Source of the DNA: Squalus acanthias
Lineage: Eukaryota
Direction: 5' to 3'
Length of the DNA: 64,000 bases
Assembly (NCBI GenBank): GCA_030390025.1
Contig: CM059433.1
Coordinates: 13,084,001 to 13,148,000 of the forward strand
Made by a program: the position numbers and the translations under genes. How positions within the stretch are numbered: the first letter of the stretch is position 1; each line of letters starts with the position of its first letter. The notes under the pieces were generated by a model. That model was not told where the DNA came from, ran no database searches, and saw nothing but the letters and a program-made list of their open reading frames with translations. This document shows positions 50,834 through 63,898 of this stretch, one piece after another.

Positions 50834-53014
50834 AACATGCCATTTTAGATCTAGTATTGTGCAATGAGACAGAGTTAATTATTAATCTTGTAGTAAAGGA
50901 GTCTCTGGGGAAGAGTGATCATAATATGATAGAATTTTATGTTGAGTTTGAGAGTGATTTAGTTAAGTCCGAAACTAGGGTCTCGTATCTGAACAAAGCA
51001 AATTACGTAGGTATGAGGGATGCATTGGCTAAGATAGATTGGGAAACTAGATTAAAAGATGACGGTGGATAAGAACGGTAAACATTTAAAGAAATAATTC
51101 ATAATCCACAATGAATATACATTGCCTCAAGGAATAAAAACCCCACGGGAAAAATGTTCAACCGTGGCTAACAAGAGAAGTTAAAGATAGTATTAGATTA
51201 AAGGAAGTGGTTTATAATGTTGCCAAAAAGAATAGCAAGCCTGAGGGTTTTAGAATTCAGCAAAGGATGACCAAGAAATTGATAGAGAGAAAATAGAATA
51301 TGAGAACAAACTAGCAAGAGACATAAAAACAGACTGTAAAAGCTTCTATAGGTATGTAAAAAGGAAAAGATTATTGAAAGTAAACGTGGGTCCCTTTCAG
51401 GCAGAGACAGGAGAAATTATAATGGGGAATAAGGAAATGGCAGCGACATTAAACAAATACTTTGTATCTGTATTCACGGAAGAAGACACAAAAAAATCTG
51501 GAAATATTGGGGAACCAAGGGTCTAGTGAAAATGAGGGAGTTAGATGGCCTACGTCCTAGGGTTTTAAAAGAGGTGGCTACAGAGATAGTGGATGCATTG
51601 GTTTTGATCTTCCCGAATTCTCTAGATTCTAGAATGGTCCCTGCAGATTGGAAGGTAGCAAATATAACCCTGCTATTCAAGAAAGGAGGGAGAGAGAAAA
51701 CTGGGAACTACAGACCAGTTAGCCTTACATCAGTAGTAGGGAAAATGTTAAAATTATTATTAGGGGCATGGAAACAGGGCACTTAGAAAATCATAATATG
51801 ATTGGGCAGAGTCAACATGGATTTATGAAAGGGAAATAGTGTTTGACAAATCTGTTGGAGTTTTTTAAGCTTGTAACTAGCAGGGTAGATAAGGGGAAAC
51901 CAGTGGATGTAGTGTATTTGGATTTTCAAAAAGCATTTGATAAGGTGCTACATAAGAGGTTATTACACAAAATTAGGGCTCATGGGATTAGGGTGAATAT
52001 TAGTATGGATTGAGGATTGGTTAACGGACAGAAAACAGAGCAGGAATAAACGAGTCATTTTCAGATTGGCAGGCTGTAACTAGTGGGGTACCACAAGGAT
52101 CAGTGCTTGGGCCTCAGCTAATTACAGTCTATATCACTGACTTAGATGAGGGGACCGAGTGTAATGTATCCAAGTTTGCGGACAATGCAAAGCTAGGTGG
52201 GAATGTAAGCTGTGAGGAGGATGCAAACAGGCTGCAAAGGGATATAGACAGGCTAAATGAATGGGCAAGAGCATGGAAGATGGAATATAATGTGGCGAAA
52301 TGTGAAGTTATCCACTTTGGTAGGAAAAATAGAAAAGCAGAATATTTTTTAAATGGTGAGAGATGAGGAAATGTTGGTGTTCAGAGGGACCTGGGTGTCC
52401 TTGTACACGAATCACAAAGTTAACATGCAGGTATAGCAAACAATTAGGAAAGCAAATGGTATGTTGGCCTTTATTACAAAAGGGTTGGAGTATAAGAGGA
52501 AAGAAGTCTTACTGCAATTATATAGGGCCTTGGTGAGACCACACCTGGAGTACTGTGTACAATTTTGGTCTCCTTACCCAAGGAAGGATATACATGCCTT
52601 AGAAGGAGTGCAACAAAGGTTCACTAGACTGATTCCTGGGGTGGGGGGAATTGTCCTATGAGGGTTAAAATTCTTAGAAGGCTTGACAGGGTGGATGCTG
52701 GGAGGATGTTTCCCCTGGCTGGTGAGTCCAGAACCAGGGGTCACAGTCTAAGAATAACGGGTCGGCCATTTAGGACTGAGATGAGGAGAAATTTCTTCAC
52801 TCGAGGGTTGTGATTCTTTGGAATTCTCTACCCCAGAGGGCTGTGGATGCTCAGTCATTGAGTATGTTCAAGACAGAGATCGATAGATTTTTGTATACCA
52901 AGGGGATAGTATGAGAAAGTGGTGTTGAGCTAGAAGATCAGCCATGATCTTATTGAATGGTGGAGCAGGCTCGAAGGACCGAATGGCCTAATCCTGCTCC
53001 TATTTCTTACTGTC

Positions 53015-53560
53015 CACTCTTCAATCACCCCAACATCCCCCTCCCCATCCCATGGCACCTTCCCGTGCAAGCGCAGGAGGTACAACACCAGCCCTTTTAC
53101 AGCCTCCCTTGCCACTGTCCAGGGCCCCAAACACTCGTTCCAGGTGAAACAGCGATTTACTTGTACTTCTTTCAATTTAGTGTACTGTGTTCGCTCCTCA
53201 TGATGCGGTCTCCTCTACATTGAAGGGAGACCAAATGCAGATTGGGTGATCGCTTTGCAGAACACCTCCGTTCAGTCCGCAAGTGTGACCCTGATCTTCC
53301 GGTCACTTGTCATTTTAATTCTCCGCTCGCTCCCACTCTGACCTCGCCCTCCTACACTGTTCTAATGAAGCTCAACGCAAGCTCGAGGAACAGCCCCCTA
53401 TCTTTCGATTAGGCACTTTACAGCCTTCTGGACTCCACATTGATTTCAAGAATTTTAGATCATAACCACTGCTCCAGTGTTTTTTTCGGACAGCAGTTGC
53501 TGGTAATGATTCTGCTTTTATAATTTTCAGCTTCTCTAGACCCATCTTTTGTTTTTTGTC
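53015..53560 (+). mobile_element. Penelope-like GIY-YIG endonuclease remnant
   Basis: GTFPCKRRR..FQVKQRFTCTSFNLVYC..CGLLYI..ETKCRLGDRFAEHLRSV..CHFNS..IFRLGTLQPSGLH, with stops and frameshifts. Confidence 0.85.
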
Positions 53561-53562
53561 CT

Positions 53563-56070
53563 GTCGGAGGTGCCGTCTTTCAGAAGAGACGTTAAACCGA
53601 GGCCCCGCCTGTTCTCTCAGGTGGACGTAAAAGATCCCACGGCACTATTTCGAAGAAGAGCAGGGGAGTTATCCCCGGTGTCCTGTCCAATATTTATCCC
53701 TCAACCAACATGACAAACACAGATTATCTGGTCATTATCACATTGCTGTTTGTGGGAGCTTGCTGTGTGCAAGCGCAGAAGCATAGAAGATAGGAGCAGG
53801 AGTAGGCCATTCGGCCCCTCGAGCCTGCTCCGCCATTTAATGAGATCATGGCTGATCATCCAAACTCAGTACCCTGTCCCTGCTTTCTCCCCATATCCCT
53901 TGATCCCTTTAGCCTTAAGAAATATATCTATCTCCTTCTTGAATATATTTAATGAATTGGCCTCAACTGCCTTCTGTGGTAGAGAATTCCACAGGTTCAC
54001 CACTCTCTGGGTGAAGAAATTCTTCCTCATCTCATTCCTAAATGGCTTACCCCTTATCCTTAGACTGTGACCTCTGGTTCTGGACTCCCCCACCATCGGG
54101 AACATCCTTCCTGCATCTAGTTTGTCTAGTCCTGTTAGAATTTTATAAGTTTCAATGAGATCCCCTCTCATTCTTCGAAACTCTAGTGAATATAAGCCTA
54201 ATCGACCCAATCTCTCTTTATACGTCATTCCTGCCATCCCAGGTATCAGTCTGGTGAATCTTCGCTGCACTCCCTCCATGGCAAGAACATCCTTCCTCAG
54301 ATAAAGTGACCAAAACTGCACACAATACTCAAGGTGTGATCTCACCAAGGCCCTGTACAACTGCAGCAAGACATCCTTGCTCCTGTACTCGAGTCCTCTC
54401 GCTATGAAGGCCAACATACCATTTGCCTTCTTAACCGCCTGCTGCACCTGCATGCTTACTTTCAGCGACTGGTGCACAAGGACTCCCAGATCTCGTTGCA
54501 CTTCCCCTTTTCCCAATCTATTGCCGTTCAGATAATAATCTGTCTTCCTGTTTTTGCCACCAAAGTGGATAACCTCGCATTTATCCACATTATACTGCAT
54601 CTGCCATGCATCTGCCCAATCACCCAACCTTTCCAAATCATACTGGAGTTTCTCTGCATCCTCCTCACAGCACACACGCCCACCCAGCTTTGTGTCGTCT
54701 GCAAACTTGGAGATATTACATCTAGTTCCCTCGTCTAGATCATTAATATATATTGTGAATAGCTGGGGTCCTAGCACCGATCCCTGCGGTACCCCACTAG
54801 TCACTGCCTGCCACTCGGAAAAAGACCCGTTAATTCCAACTCTTTGCTTCCTGTCTGCCAACCAGTTCTCTATCCAAATCAGTACCTCACCCCCAATCCC
54901 ATGTGCTTTAACTTTGCACGCTAATCTCTTATGCGGGACCTTATCGAAAGCCTTCTGAAAGTCCAAAATTTACCACATCCACTGTTTCTCCCTTATCTAT
55001 TCTACCAGTTACATCCTCAAAAAATTCCAGTAGATTAGTCGGGCATGATTTCCCTTTTGTAAATCCATGTTGACTTTGTCCGATCCTGTCACTGTTTTCC
55101 AAGTGCTCTGCTATTACATCCTTTATAATGGACTCTAGCATTTTGCCCACTGCTGATGTCAGGCTTACCAGTCTATAATTCCCCGTTTTTTCTCTACCAC
55201 CTTTTTTAAATAGTGGGGTTACATTAGCTACCCTCCAATCCATGGGAACTGCTCCAGAGTCTATAGAATTTTGGAAGATGACCTGCAATGCAACTACTAT
55301 TTCTAGGGCCACTTCCTTAAGTACCCTAGGATGTAGATTATCAGGCCCTGGGGATTTATCGGCCTTCAATCCTGTCAATTTCCCTAACTCCATTTCCTCA
55401 CAAATAGTGATTTCATTCAATTCCTCCCTCTCATCAGACCCTATGTTCTCCAACATCTCTGGGAGGTTATTTGTGTCCTCCTTTGTGAAGACAGAACCAA
55501 AGTATGTATTTCATTCGTCAGCCATTTCTTTGTTCCCCATTATAAATTCTCCTGATTCTGACTGCAAGGGACCTACGCTTGACTTCACCAATCTTTTTCT
55601 CTTCACATATCTATAGAAGCTTTTACAGTCAGTTTTTATGTTCCCTGCAAGCTTACTCTCATATTCTATTTTCCCCCTCTTAATTAATTCCTTTGTCCTC
55701 CTTTGCTGAATCCTAAACTGCTCCCAATCCTCAGGTTTGCTGCTTTTTCTGGCCAATTTATATGTCCTCTCCTTGGATCTTATGCTATCCCTAATTTCCC
55801 TTGTTAGCCACGGTTGAGTCGCCTTTTTTGTTTTATTTTTATGCCAAACAGGGTTGAACAAATTCTGTAGTTCATCCATGCGATCTTTAAATGTTTGCGA
55901 TTGCCTATCCACCGTCAACCCTTTAAGTAACGTTCCTCAATCCACCCTAACGAAGCTTGGCTGCCGCATTTCCCACAATACACCAGTGACTACACCTCAA
56001 AAATATTTCATTGGCTGTAAAGCGCTTTGAGACGCCCGATGGTCGTGAAAGGCGCTATCTAAATGCAAGT
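53563..56070 (+). mobile_element. Deu-type SINE split by a CR1 insertion (halves 53563-53773 and 55957-56070)
   Basis: The halves concatenate to match about 16937-17260. Confidence 0.8.
53778..55950 (-). mobile_element. Young 5'-truncated CR1/HER1 LINE (RT region)
   Basis: ORFs 55511-55918, 54941-55456 and 53866-54966 form one ORF2 broken by few lesions; tail matches 13750. Confidence 0.93.
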
Positions 56071-56364
56071 CTTTTTTTGCCTTGCACGATCATCCCTTTT
56101 GTCATTTAATCACTCCTGCCGCCTTCCCTGTCACAGACCTTCCCTTTTTTCCTGTATTATGGCCTCCAAGAGCTCACCCACTACCGATGCTAGGCCAACT
56201 ATACTTTTTGTTGGTTATCTCTTTATCTCCCTTCATGAAGAGGTGTAAAATTAGCAACCCTATAGTCCTTTGGCCAGCTTCCATATCCAAAGACATTTGA
56301 CGGACTGGTCAAATTAGAAGCAAGTTAATGGTGGGGGAGGGCGAGAAGCAGTCCTCTTTGAAAT

Positions 56365-56735
56365 CATACGAATTAGGAGCAGGAGTAGGCCACTCGGCCC
56401 CTCGAGCCTGCTCCGCCATTCAATAAGATCATGGCTGATCTGATTACTCCACATTCCCGCCTACCCCCGATAACCTTTCACCCCCTTGCTCACCAAGAAT
56501 CTATCTACCTCTGCCTTAAAAATATTCAAAGACTCTGCTTCCACCGCCCTCTGAGGAAGAGAGTTCCAAAGACTCACGACCCTCTGAGAAAAAATTTCTC
56601 CTCATCTCTGTCTTAAATGGGCGACCCCTTATTTTTAAACAGTGACCCCTAGTTCTGGATTCTCCCACAAGAGGAAACACCCTCTCCACATCCAGCCTGC
56701 CAAGATCCCTCAGGAGCTTAAAAGTTTCAATCAAT
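56365..56735 (-). mobile_element. CR1 3' fragment, same subfamily as 48630
   Basis: Near-identical tail and C-terminal coding sequence. Confidence 0.88.
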
Positions 56736-58041
56736 TGATTAAAATCAAATCAGTTAAAAATTGTTTTGCTGCATTAAAATCGACTAACTTTCAAAAGTAA
56801 GGTGAGTTATTCCCTGCATGCAAATACAGTATTTCCAGTTTTCAGTAATTAAACTCCGTATTGGTGTAATATTCTCTGTTAAAGTTACATTTAACTAACT
56901 TCAAATGTGTTTGGAAGGAAAATGTAGGCTCCAGAATGCAAGTTGTTGCATCAGTACTGGCCATATGTTGATGCTCCACTTACACCACAGGTACTGATCC
57001 CTTCTTTTAAAGGGGATGTAAGTGTTCAGCACTGAGTTGTAACCCTGCTTACACCAGGCTGCAGTTAGGGGACAACGCAAAGCTCTGTGCGTGCATGCAG
57101 CTGACATTACTGTAGCACCAATCGGTCACATGCTTTATCACTGCACCCCTGCACATGTTACATTCATCACTTATGTCTGGGGAAAAACTGCATCTTTGAG
57201 ACAAACTAGACACAAAGCAAGGCAGTATTGTTGCATTCCGTTTGTATCTGCAGGACTTGAGATACGAAGCGACGTTCAATTTGTGACCAAGGCATACAGG
57301 AAAAATTGTCGCGCTTTCCGGCTGTAACTCTTACCATTTATAAAAATACACAATCAATGATTCATTAAGACGGCAGAGAAACCATTTTAGTCATCGGTGA
57401 AATGATGAAGAGTATATCGCTAGCAGTTGTTTCTCACTGTCCTTCTACATGCACAGGCGCACACAAGCATCGGCAAAGTGTGAATGAGTGGACTGAAAAA
57501 AAACTCGCACCTTATAAGCTGTTGGTCACCTTTTTCATTTTTTGGTGGATTTGTGGGGAATATTAATAGACGTTAAGTAGTTTATCGGGACAACAATACC
57601 ACCCACGACTGAAATGTGCCTATTTTTGATGCAGTCTTTAATGTGGGCCACGCGTGTATCTTGGAGTTTTGTTATAACGCAGGTACTGGTCTTAGGCCTG
57701 TAAAGTGTGATGTGCCAGCAGCAGACCCAAGTTGTGCTGCCAGCTGTGTGATAAATCTAGTTACAAAGGAGCTTCGCACATGTGTTAAAAGCCTGTGTGT
57801 GCAGAATTCGACTTTCCAGCTGGTTAAATTTCCACTCGGCTCATCGGCTGTGTGCTAGTGTTTTCTCTCAATCTTCTGCTTCCTCCCCCATACCCTTTGA
57901 ATCTTCCTCTGTTTCATGCAACAATCCTCGTCACAATTTACCATATCCCTTCCCCCCCCCCCCCCATCCAAATTTAGTCTCATTCACGCATTTCAATATT
58001 ATCCTCTCGATTCCCAAGTCCAGGTAATTTATGCAGATAAT

Positions 58042-58800
58042 GGCCTGGATTATGCGGTCGGCGGCACAACTACGGATTACGCCGCCGGCATCTGAACAGA
58101 ACGCGAACTTGCCTGATGTGGGCCCTCCTTCGCCAACTTGCCGTTTGAGTGGGCAGCGTAATGGCCCACGGATCCCAGGGGGCGCAGCAAGTGCGGAAGC
58201 GTACCTGGGCTCACGCGGGCCTGGTGCTCCAATCAGCAAACAGTAGGCCTCTCATTCATTTATGATCTCCGGAAAGGAAAATAAAAACCAAACCCTCATT
58301 ACCAGAGCCTTCTGGGATAAACATCTGTACTTTCAGTTTGGGATTTGTTTTTTAAGCTTATGCGCCACATAGATGCCAAAAAAGAAAATAATTTGATCAA
58401 TGTAGCAACCGCTTCCTCTGAAACTTTTGTGGACAAATAAATTCTTTTCATGGACAAAAATCCTAAAATGCTTCCTTTTCCAGCCTCAAAAAGTTTTTTA
58501 AATTACTTGGATTTGTCAGGGGGTTATCCCCTTGCGCTGTGGAAACAGGCCCTGCACCTGTTTTCACCAGCCGTAACATTTTCGTACGTGACTGCTGGGC
58601 AGTTGCTGGGCAGTTAGCCCAACTCTCTTCAATTAGGTTTTCAATGTCGCTGCGGATGATCTGTCCAGTCGGAACTCGACAAATCGCAAGTTCGGGATTT
58701 AGCCGTGCGTGCGGAAATCCCCAACTTGCTGTCCATTTCAAAGGCGGTATGTAGGCGTTCTCTGAGAGTACGCCGTCGTGCTCGTCGCAAGTTCTGGCCC
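58042..58800. mobile_element. Probable Harbinger-like MITE
   Basis: Degenerate TIR ggcctggattatgcg / cgcaagttctggccc; AAT on both flanks. Confidence 0.5.
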
Positions 58801-58858
58801 AATAAATAACTGTCCCAAAAGCAGACTGCCTTGGGGAAACCCACTTACCTTATCTTTC

Positions 58859-59066
58859 CATGATGCGGAGATGCCGGCGTTGGACTGGGGTGGACAAAAG
58901 TGAGAAGTCGCACAACACCAGGTTATAGTCCAACAGTTTTATTTGAAATCACAAGCTTTCGGAGCTGCTGCTCCTTCGTCAGACTTCACCTGACGAAGGA
59001 GCAGCGCTCCGAAAGCTTGTGATTTCAAATAAAACTGTTGGACTATAACCTGGTGTTGTGCGACTT
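58859..59066 (-). mobile_element. Penelope-like family 1 element with inverted terminal segment
   Basis: Inverted arms; TSD ctt(a/c)tctttcca at 58849-58860 and 59067-59078. Confidence 0.85.
58986..59022 (+). ncRNA. Minimal type I hammerhead ribozyme motif
   Basis: tcac-CTGACGA-a-ggagc agc gctcc-GAAA-gctt-gtga. Confidence 0.78.
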
Positions 59067-60138
59067 CTTCTCTTTCCAGTTGGAGAAACTTCCTTTTTAT
59101 CCCTACCCTTTGCTTTCTGTCCTCCCAACCATCTCTCTCTCCATATGGCCACATTTCTGTTTGTTGTTGGCTCTTACTGTTTAAATACTTAACAGAACTG
59201 GCAGAAAATAACCAAAGGACTATCGCAGTCGATGCCAGTTTTTCCTTAACTGTTTGTCGCGAAAGGGGTCTTCATGATCATAAAATGCAAATGGAAGAAT
59301 GTAATAGTTGTGATTACCAGGCGAAGTTTGAAAGCTTCAAAATTTGGAAGAGCTCTTGCAGCTTTCAGTTAATCTGATTCCCAATGCACCAGAAAGTTGC
59401 ACAACATTTTGTTATCTTCCTATTGTATGCACCACTATCTTTACAGAAGAAAATATTTTGTTCTGGGACACTTGTTTATAGTGTTGTTAAAAGTCGATTC
59501 GGCCTTCTCAGTTTGAACCCCATCAGGATAAACACAAGAGCCCATACTGCAACTAATGCTTGCTGTATTTAAATGGATGCAGTTTGCAGAATGGGTTGTG
59601 ATATTTTTTCCTCGGAGCTATGTTTGCTTATTTTGCGTGTACAAAACTGAAGTGAAAGGAGACTTCAATCCCATGATAGTCGGTCTGGAAGTGCAAGTGT
59701 ACCTGCATTATTGGTGCTGTTGCAAATAATTAAAATATTATTGGTTAACTGACTCTCTGGTTAATTTCTTGTCGAACTTCTCGCATTAAATACAACGTGT
59801 GCAATGTGACCTATGCAGCAGTAATAAACCTTTCAAAATGTTTAAAGTAGCAACACCCCACAATTTGTAAAATGCTAATGTACTTCCCAAAATAAAGCTT
59901 GGCTTCAAAGAGGAATAGCTGCTCAATGTTTCTTTATTTCTGAGATAAAGTTGTTGTTTACCTTTTAAAAGCTGTCTATTAAAGGTGTGGGTGGCCCCAT
60001 AGGCTGCATGTCTCTGATTGTAACTACTTGCAACACAGTTACTTGAATGATCTAACACCCGGTTTGTGTTACTCGGCTTCAATGTGCTAGTGGTGCCCAG
60101 TGCGCCGAATCTGCCGCCTCAATACTGGATTTGGTAAC

Positions 60139-60897
60139 GGCCCAGAAATTGGAGTTCGATGGTTGCCGCGGGGGTAAGGATCCCCCACGATATCGCACTC
60201 CACGCCTACCTTTATGGTTTTGGCCCACACGAACTTCAGTTCCTGGGCCTCTCCCTGGTGCCGGCGCGCAGTGTGTGCGTGTCCCAGAGGCGCAATTAGT
60301 TCGATGCGACCTCTGGGATCACATGGGCCAGTTAGAGCCAATGGCAGCACACCATCTTTCATTCATAATTTTGACAGCAAGAGCTGTCAAAACTATGAAT
60401 ACAACAAGCCCCCAAAAAACAGCTAAACCTCAATAAAAATTTTTTTAAAAAGCCATCACATTAATAAAATAACTATAGTTAAATAAATTAACCACTTTAA
60501 ACAAAAATTTTAATTTTTGAAAAAATTTAAATTCTTTTTAAAAGTTATAAAAATAAACTTACCTTTCTTTAAAGTCTCTAAAAAAAAAAAAAATAAACCT
60601 GTTGAAATTTTTTTTAAATAATACTTAATTAACTACTTACCTTGTTAAAAGGGGGTCTTACGCCTGCTTTCTTTGTGTAAAATCTTCAACACTTAGCTTC
60701 GCGTTCAAACCTGAAAAAAAAACTAAGTGCGCTGCATGCGCACAACCTGTAGCGCGCACGCGGTTCACTTAGGAACCGCCCCCTTCGCAATACCCGAAGT
60801 GCCGGTTTCCCGTGCATGCAGGAAACCGGCACTTCGGGACCTAATACGCGAGAGTACACAGTGCGTAATCTCCCGTATTAGGTCTAATTTTCGGGCC
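60139..60897. mobile_element. Harbinger-like MITE with subterminal twin hairpins
   Basis: TIR ggcccagaaattgga / tctaattttcgggcc (12/15); TSD AAC at 60136-60138 and 60898-60900. Confidence 0.75.
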
Positions 60898-61244
60898 AAC
60901 ATCGCATACAGGAGAGTCACACGTGTGTAACTGCGCTGGAGTCTCCAGTGTGATTTGCTATTGTGCCTGTGCAGATTTAATCTGCAACTTTTGCATCTGG
61001 CTGTGGACCGTTCCCCAATATTGGGGAAGTGCTATAGACCAGCCGTGCTAAAAGTGTCCAGCCTTCGATTGGCAGGCTCGATGCCAGATGTGGTCAGCGG
61101 AAGTTATTTGGCTTTGATGACGGCTGCACTTCTGGTCAAGGCAAGGAGTGAAATCCCTGTTCCAGGAGGTTTAAATTACAGGTTTACCACCTTGGGCACT
61201 CTTGCTATTAGAGGCAATCATGTAGCATAAATGAGTAAGAATAT

Positions 61245-61545
61245 GGGTACGGTAGCTTGGTGGTTATGTTACTATTAAGGGAATCAAGGGATATGGGGAT
61301 AGTTCAGGAAGGTGAGGTGGAAGATCAGCCATGATCATATTGAATGGCGGAGCAGGCTCGAAGAGCCAAATGGCCGACTCCTGCTCCTATTTCTTATGTT
61401 CTTATTACTGGACTAGTAATCCAGAGGCCTGGACTAATAATCCAGAGAATGTGAGCCAAAAACTCACCATGACAGTTTGAGAATTTGAATTCAGTTTTAT
61501 TTAAAAAAAGGAAATAAAAACCGAGTATCAGTAAAAGTGACCAAG
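61245..61545 (+). mobile_element. 5' part of a 38603-family SINE with a CR1 tail (about 61275-61402) inserted in its head
   Basis: ggtagcttggtggttatgttact resumes as ttactggactagtaatccag after the CR1 tail. Confidence 0.75.
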
Positions 61546-61827
61546 CTGTTCTCCTCCCCACCACCCCACCCTGATTCGCGTGAGTCCCAACTGTTGTCGG
61601 TACTCGCTGCCTGTTAGTGGGGTGACGAGCTAGACACCACCATGATCTCTTCAATACTACAAAGCTTATAATAAAGTGTTGATTCTAAAATTATAAAGTA
61701 CACAGACGAGTTTTTCAATGTTCTACGTGGATTTACGTTGTCAGAATCTCTTGTGTGTGAATCAGATAAATGAAGTTTTGCTAAAATTAGACACTGCATG
61801 TAATAATAAAGACACAATATCATTTAA

Positions 61828-61962
<135 letters not shown>

Positions 61963-63244
61963 TGAGTAACTCACTTCAGTGTTTGAATGTTGTAATAGTC
62001 CGATGAAGTGCTGTACAATTTTGGGCAAGTGCGTGGTCAGTTCTTGTTTCCTTTCTGTTGTCAAATTCTCATATTAATGCCTGAAGCTAAAGAATCAAAA
62101 ATGATTAAAGATAATTGCTCAGAAATGTTTGCAGGCCAGTTGGCTTTTTAGAGTCGATTGTGCCTAGTATGAAGATACACTGGTAGGTTAACTTTATATA
62201 GAAGGTGAACATGAGTATTTAATCTTTGATACTTTTTTGTGTTACTGGTGAGTATCACCGGTTGAACACACAATATGCAATCTTGGTTTGCAGCTGTTAC
62301 TGGCAGAGGGGCCAGCCTGGACTGAGTTGGTTTCTTCGGCATTCTATTTTCTTCCTATGTGAATACTCTCAATCTATTTTAAGACTGTTTATGAATGTTT
62401 TAAGTGTGAGAAATCAAACCTACCAAACATTCTTTAGTGTTGCAAACAAGGAAGCAGAGAAAAAATGCTTGGTCAATATACAGCAGCTTTATAAGGCTAA
62501 AATGCGATTGGTGATCTGCTCTCTTTCAATCCTCCACAATTTGCTGCAGGTTGGCTTACTCGTGGGTGCACTATTCTGGGGATTGCCAGGTTTTTATTTG
62601 GATGCAAAAAAATATATTAAAAAATGTGAACTTGTAATGCCATGAAACACCATTGTTAATCTTTTTAGTTCTGTGCTTCCAAATTAGCAACACAAAAAAA
62701 AAGTGGTCTCTGGGTACTCTCTTTTTCTCCAGCCAACGGGGTATTCTTTTCCAAGGTTGATTTAATGAAAGGTGGGAGTGAGAAGGCTGAAGGAGAAAAG
62801 GAAAGTCAAAGATTTTAAATATCAAAAAGTTAGAACAGATCGAGCAGAAAAGAATTTGATTAAAGAAACAGTAAATTCAAATTTAAAATAAAAATACTGG
62901 GAATAGTATAAAGGCACGGGGTGAGCACAAGCGAAGGGTTTTGAGTTTTTAATTTATGTTTTTGGTGTATGGTAATCTGCCATTAGTATTTTAATTAATC
63001 TATTTCTTATATCAGAATAGTTTTATTACTGCAGTAATTTATTCAGCGTCTGTGCTTAAAACTTTCAAATTCCGTCAGCCCAGGTAGAGGGGAATGCCAT
63101 CATTATTCTGAAGAGCAAAGTATTCCTCTTCATTGTTCTACAGCGTGCTACATAAAACTGTGGCAAGTATACAATTAACATGGACAGGTGACCATACCAA
63201 CTCTGCGATTCTTTACCAGCCTCCTTCCTTCCTGTCTCTATTGA

Positions 63245-63427
63245 CAAAAGTGAGAAGTCGCACAACACCAGGTTATAGTCCAGGAATATTCCTTCACTTC
63301 ACCTGACGGAGGGAGCAGCAGCTCCGAAAGCTTGTGATTTCAAATAAAACTGTTGGACTATAACCTGGTGTTGTGCGACTTCTCACTTTTGTCCACCCCA
63401 GTCCAACACCGGCATCTCCGCATCATG
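63245..63427 (+). mobile_element. Penelope-like family 1 element with a short inverted segment; hammerhead core mutated (CTGACGG)
   Basis: TSD tgtct(c/t)tattga at 63233-63244 and 63426-63437. Confidence 0.82.
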
Positions 63428-63790
63428 TCTTTATTGAAAGTGAGTTACAGCTTCAGGGCACGAGCAGCCCTGCGCTACTTTGCCCAAATAGCTTATCTTC
63501 ATATGTAACCCAGATGGTGAGCGCAGGGCATCAAAGTTCAAGCTAAGATCCACGTGCATGCTTTCCAACGGGAGTCAATGCATTGCAACCAAGATTGGGA
63601 ATTCTAGCTTATGTTTCTTTTAAATTGTTTCTTTTAAATTATTTCTCTCCACTCACCCCAACCCTACCACCCTCTCCTTTATCTTGGGCCTTTTCACTGT
63701 TCCAACAACTACTCTGGCTAAGATCAGATAACTCCACTCAGAAATCAAATCTAGCATCTTCTTGGTTTGCACGGCTCAGTAGCACATCAC

Positions 63791-63898
63791 ATTGGGGAGC
63801 ATCTTGTGTGATTTATATCGATTTATTAAAAAGGAACCATTGGGGCTTTGGGGAGCATCTTGTGTGATTTTTATACCGATTTTTATTAAAAGGTACCA
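63791..63898. repeat. Two imperfect tandem copies of a ~57-bp unit
   Basis: ttggggagcatcttgtgtgattt..aaagg(a/t)acca occurs twice. Confidence 0.7.

Larger units (their letters stand above)
48260..53010 (+). mobile_element. Degenerate near-complete CR1 ORF2 plus tail, hosting two nested insertions
   Basis: Endonuclease (AITETWLQ; SDHNMIEF), RT (NYRPVSLTS; KFADNAKLGG) and C-terminal motifs occur in order, with stops and frameshifts. Confidence 0.88.

Noticed and set aside
63791..63898. Two-copy tandem repeat as a functional element
   Set aside because: Looks like a simple local duplication with no further structure.
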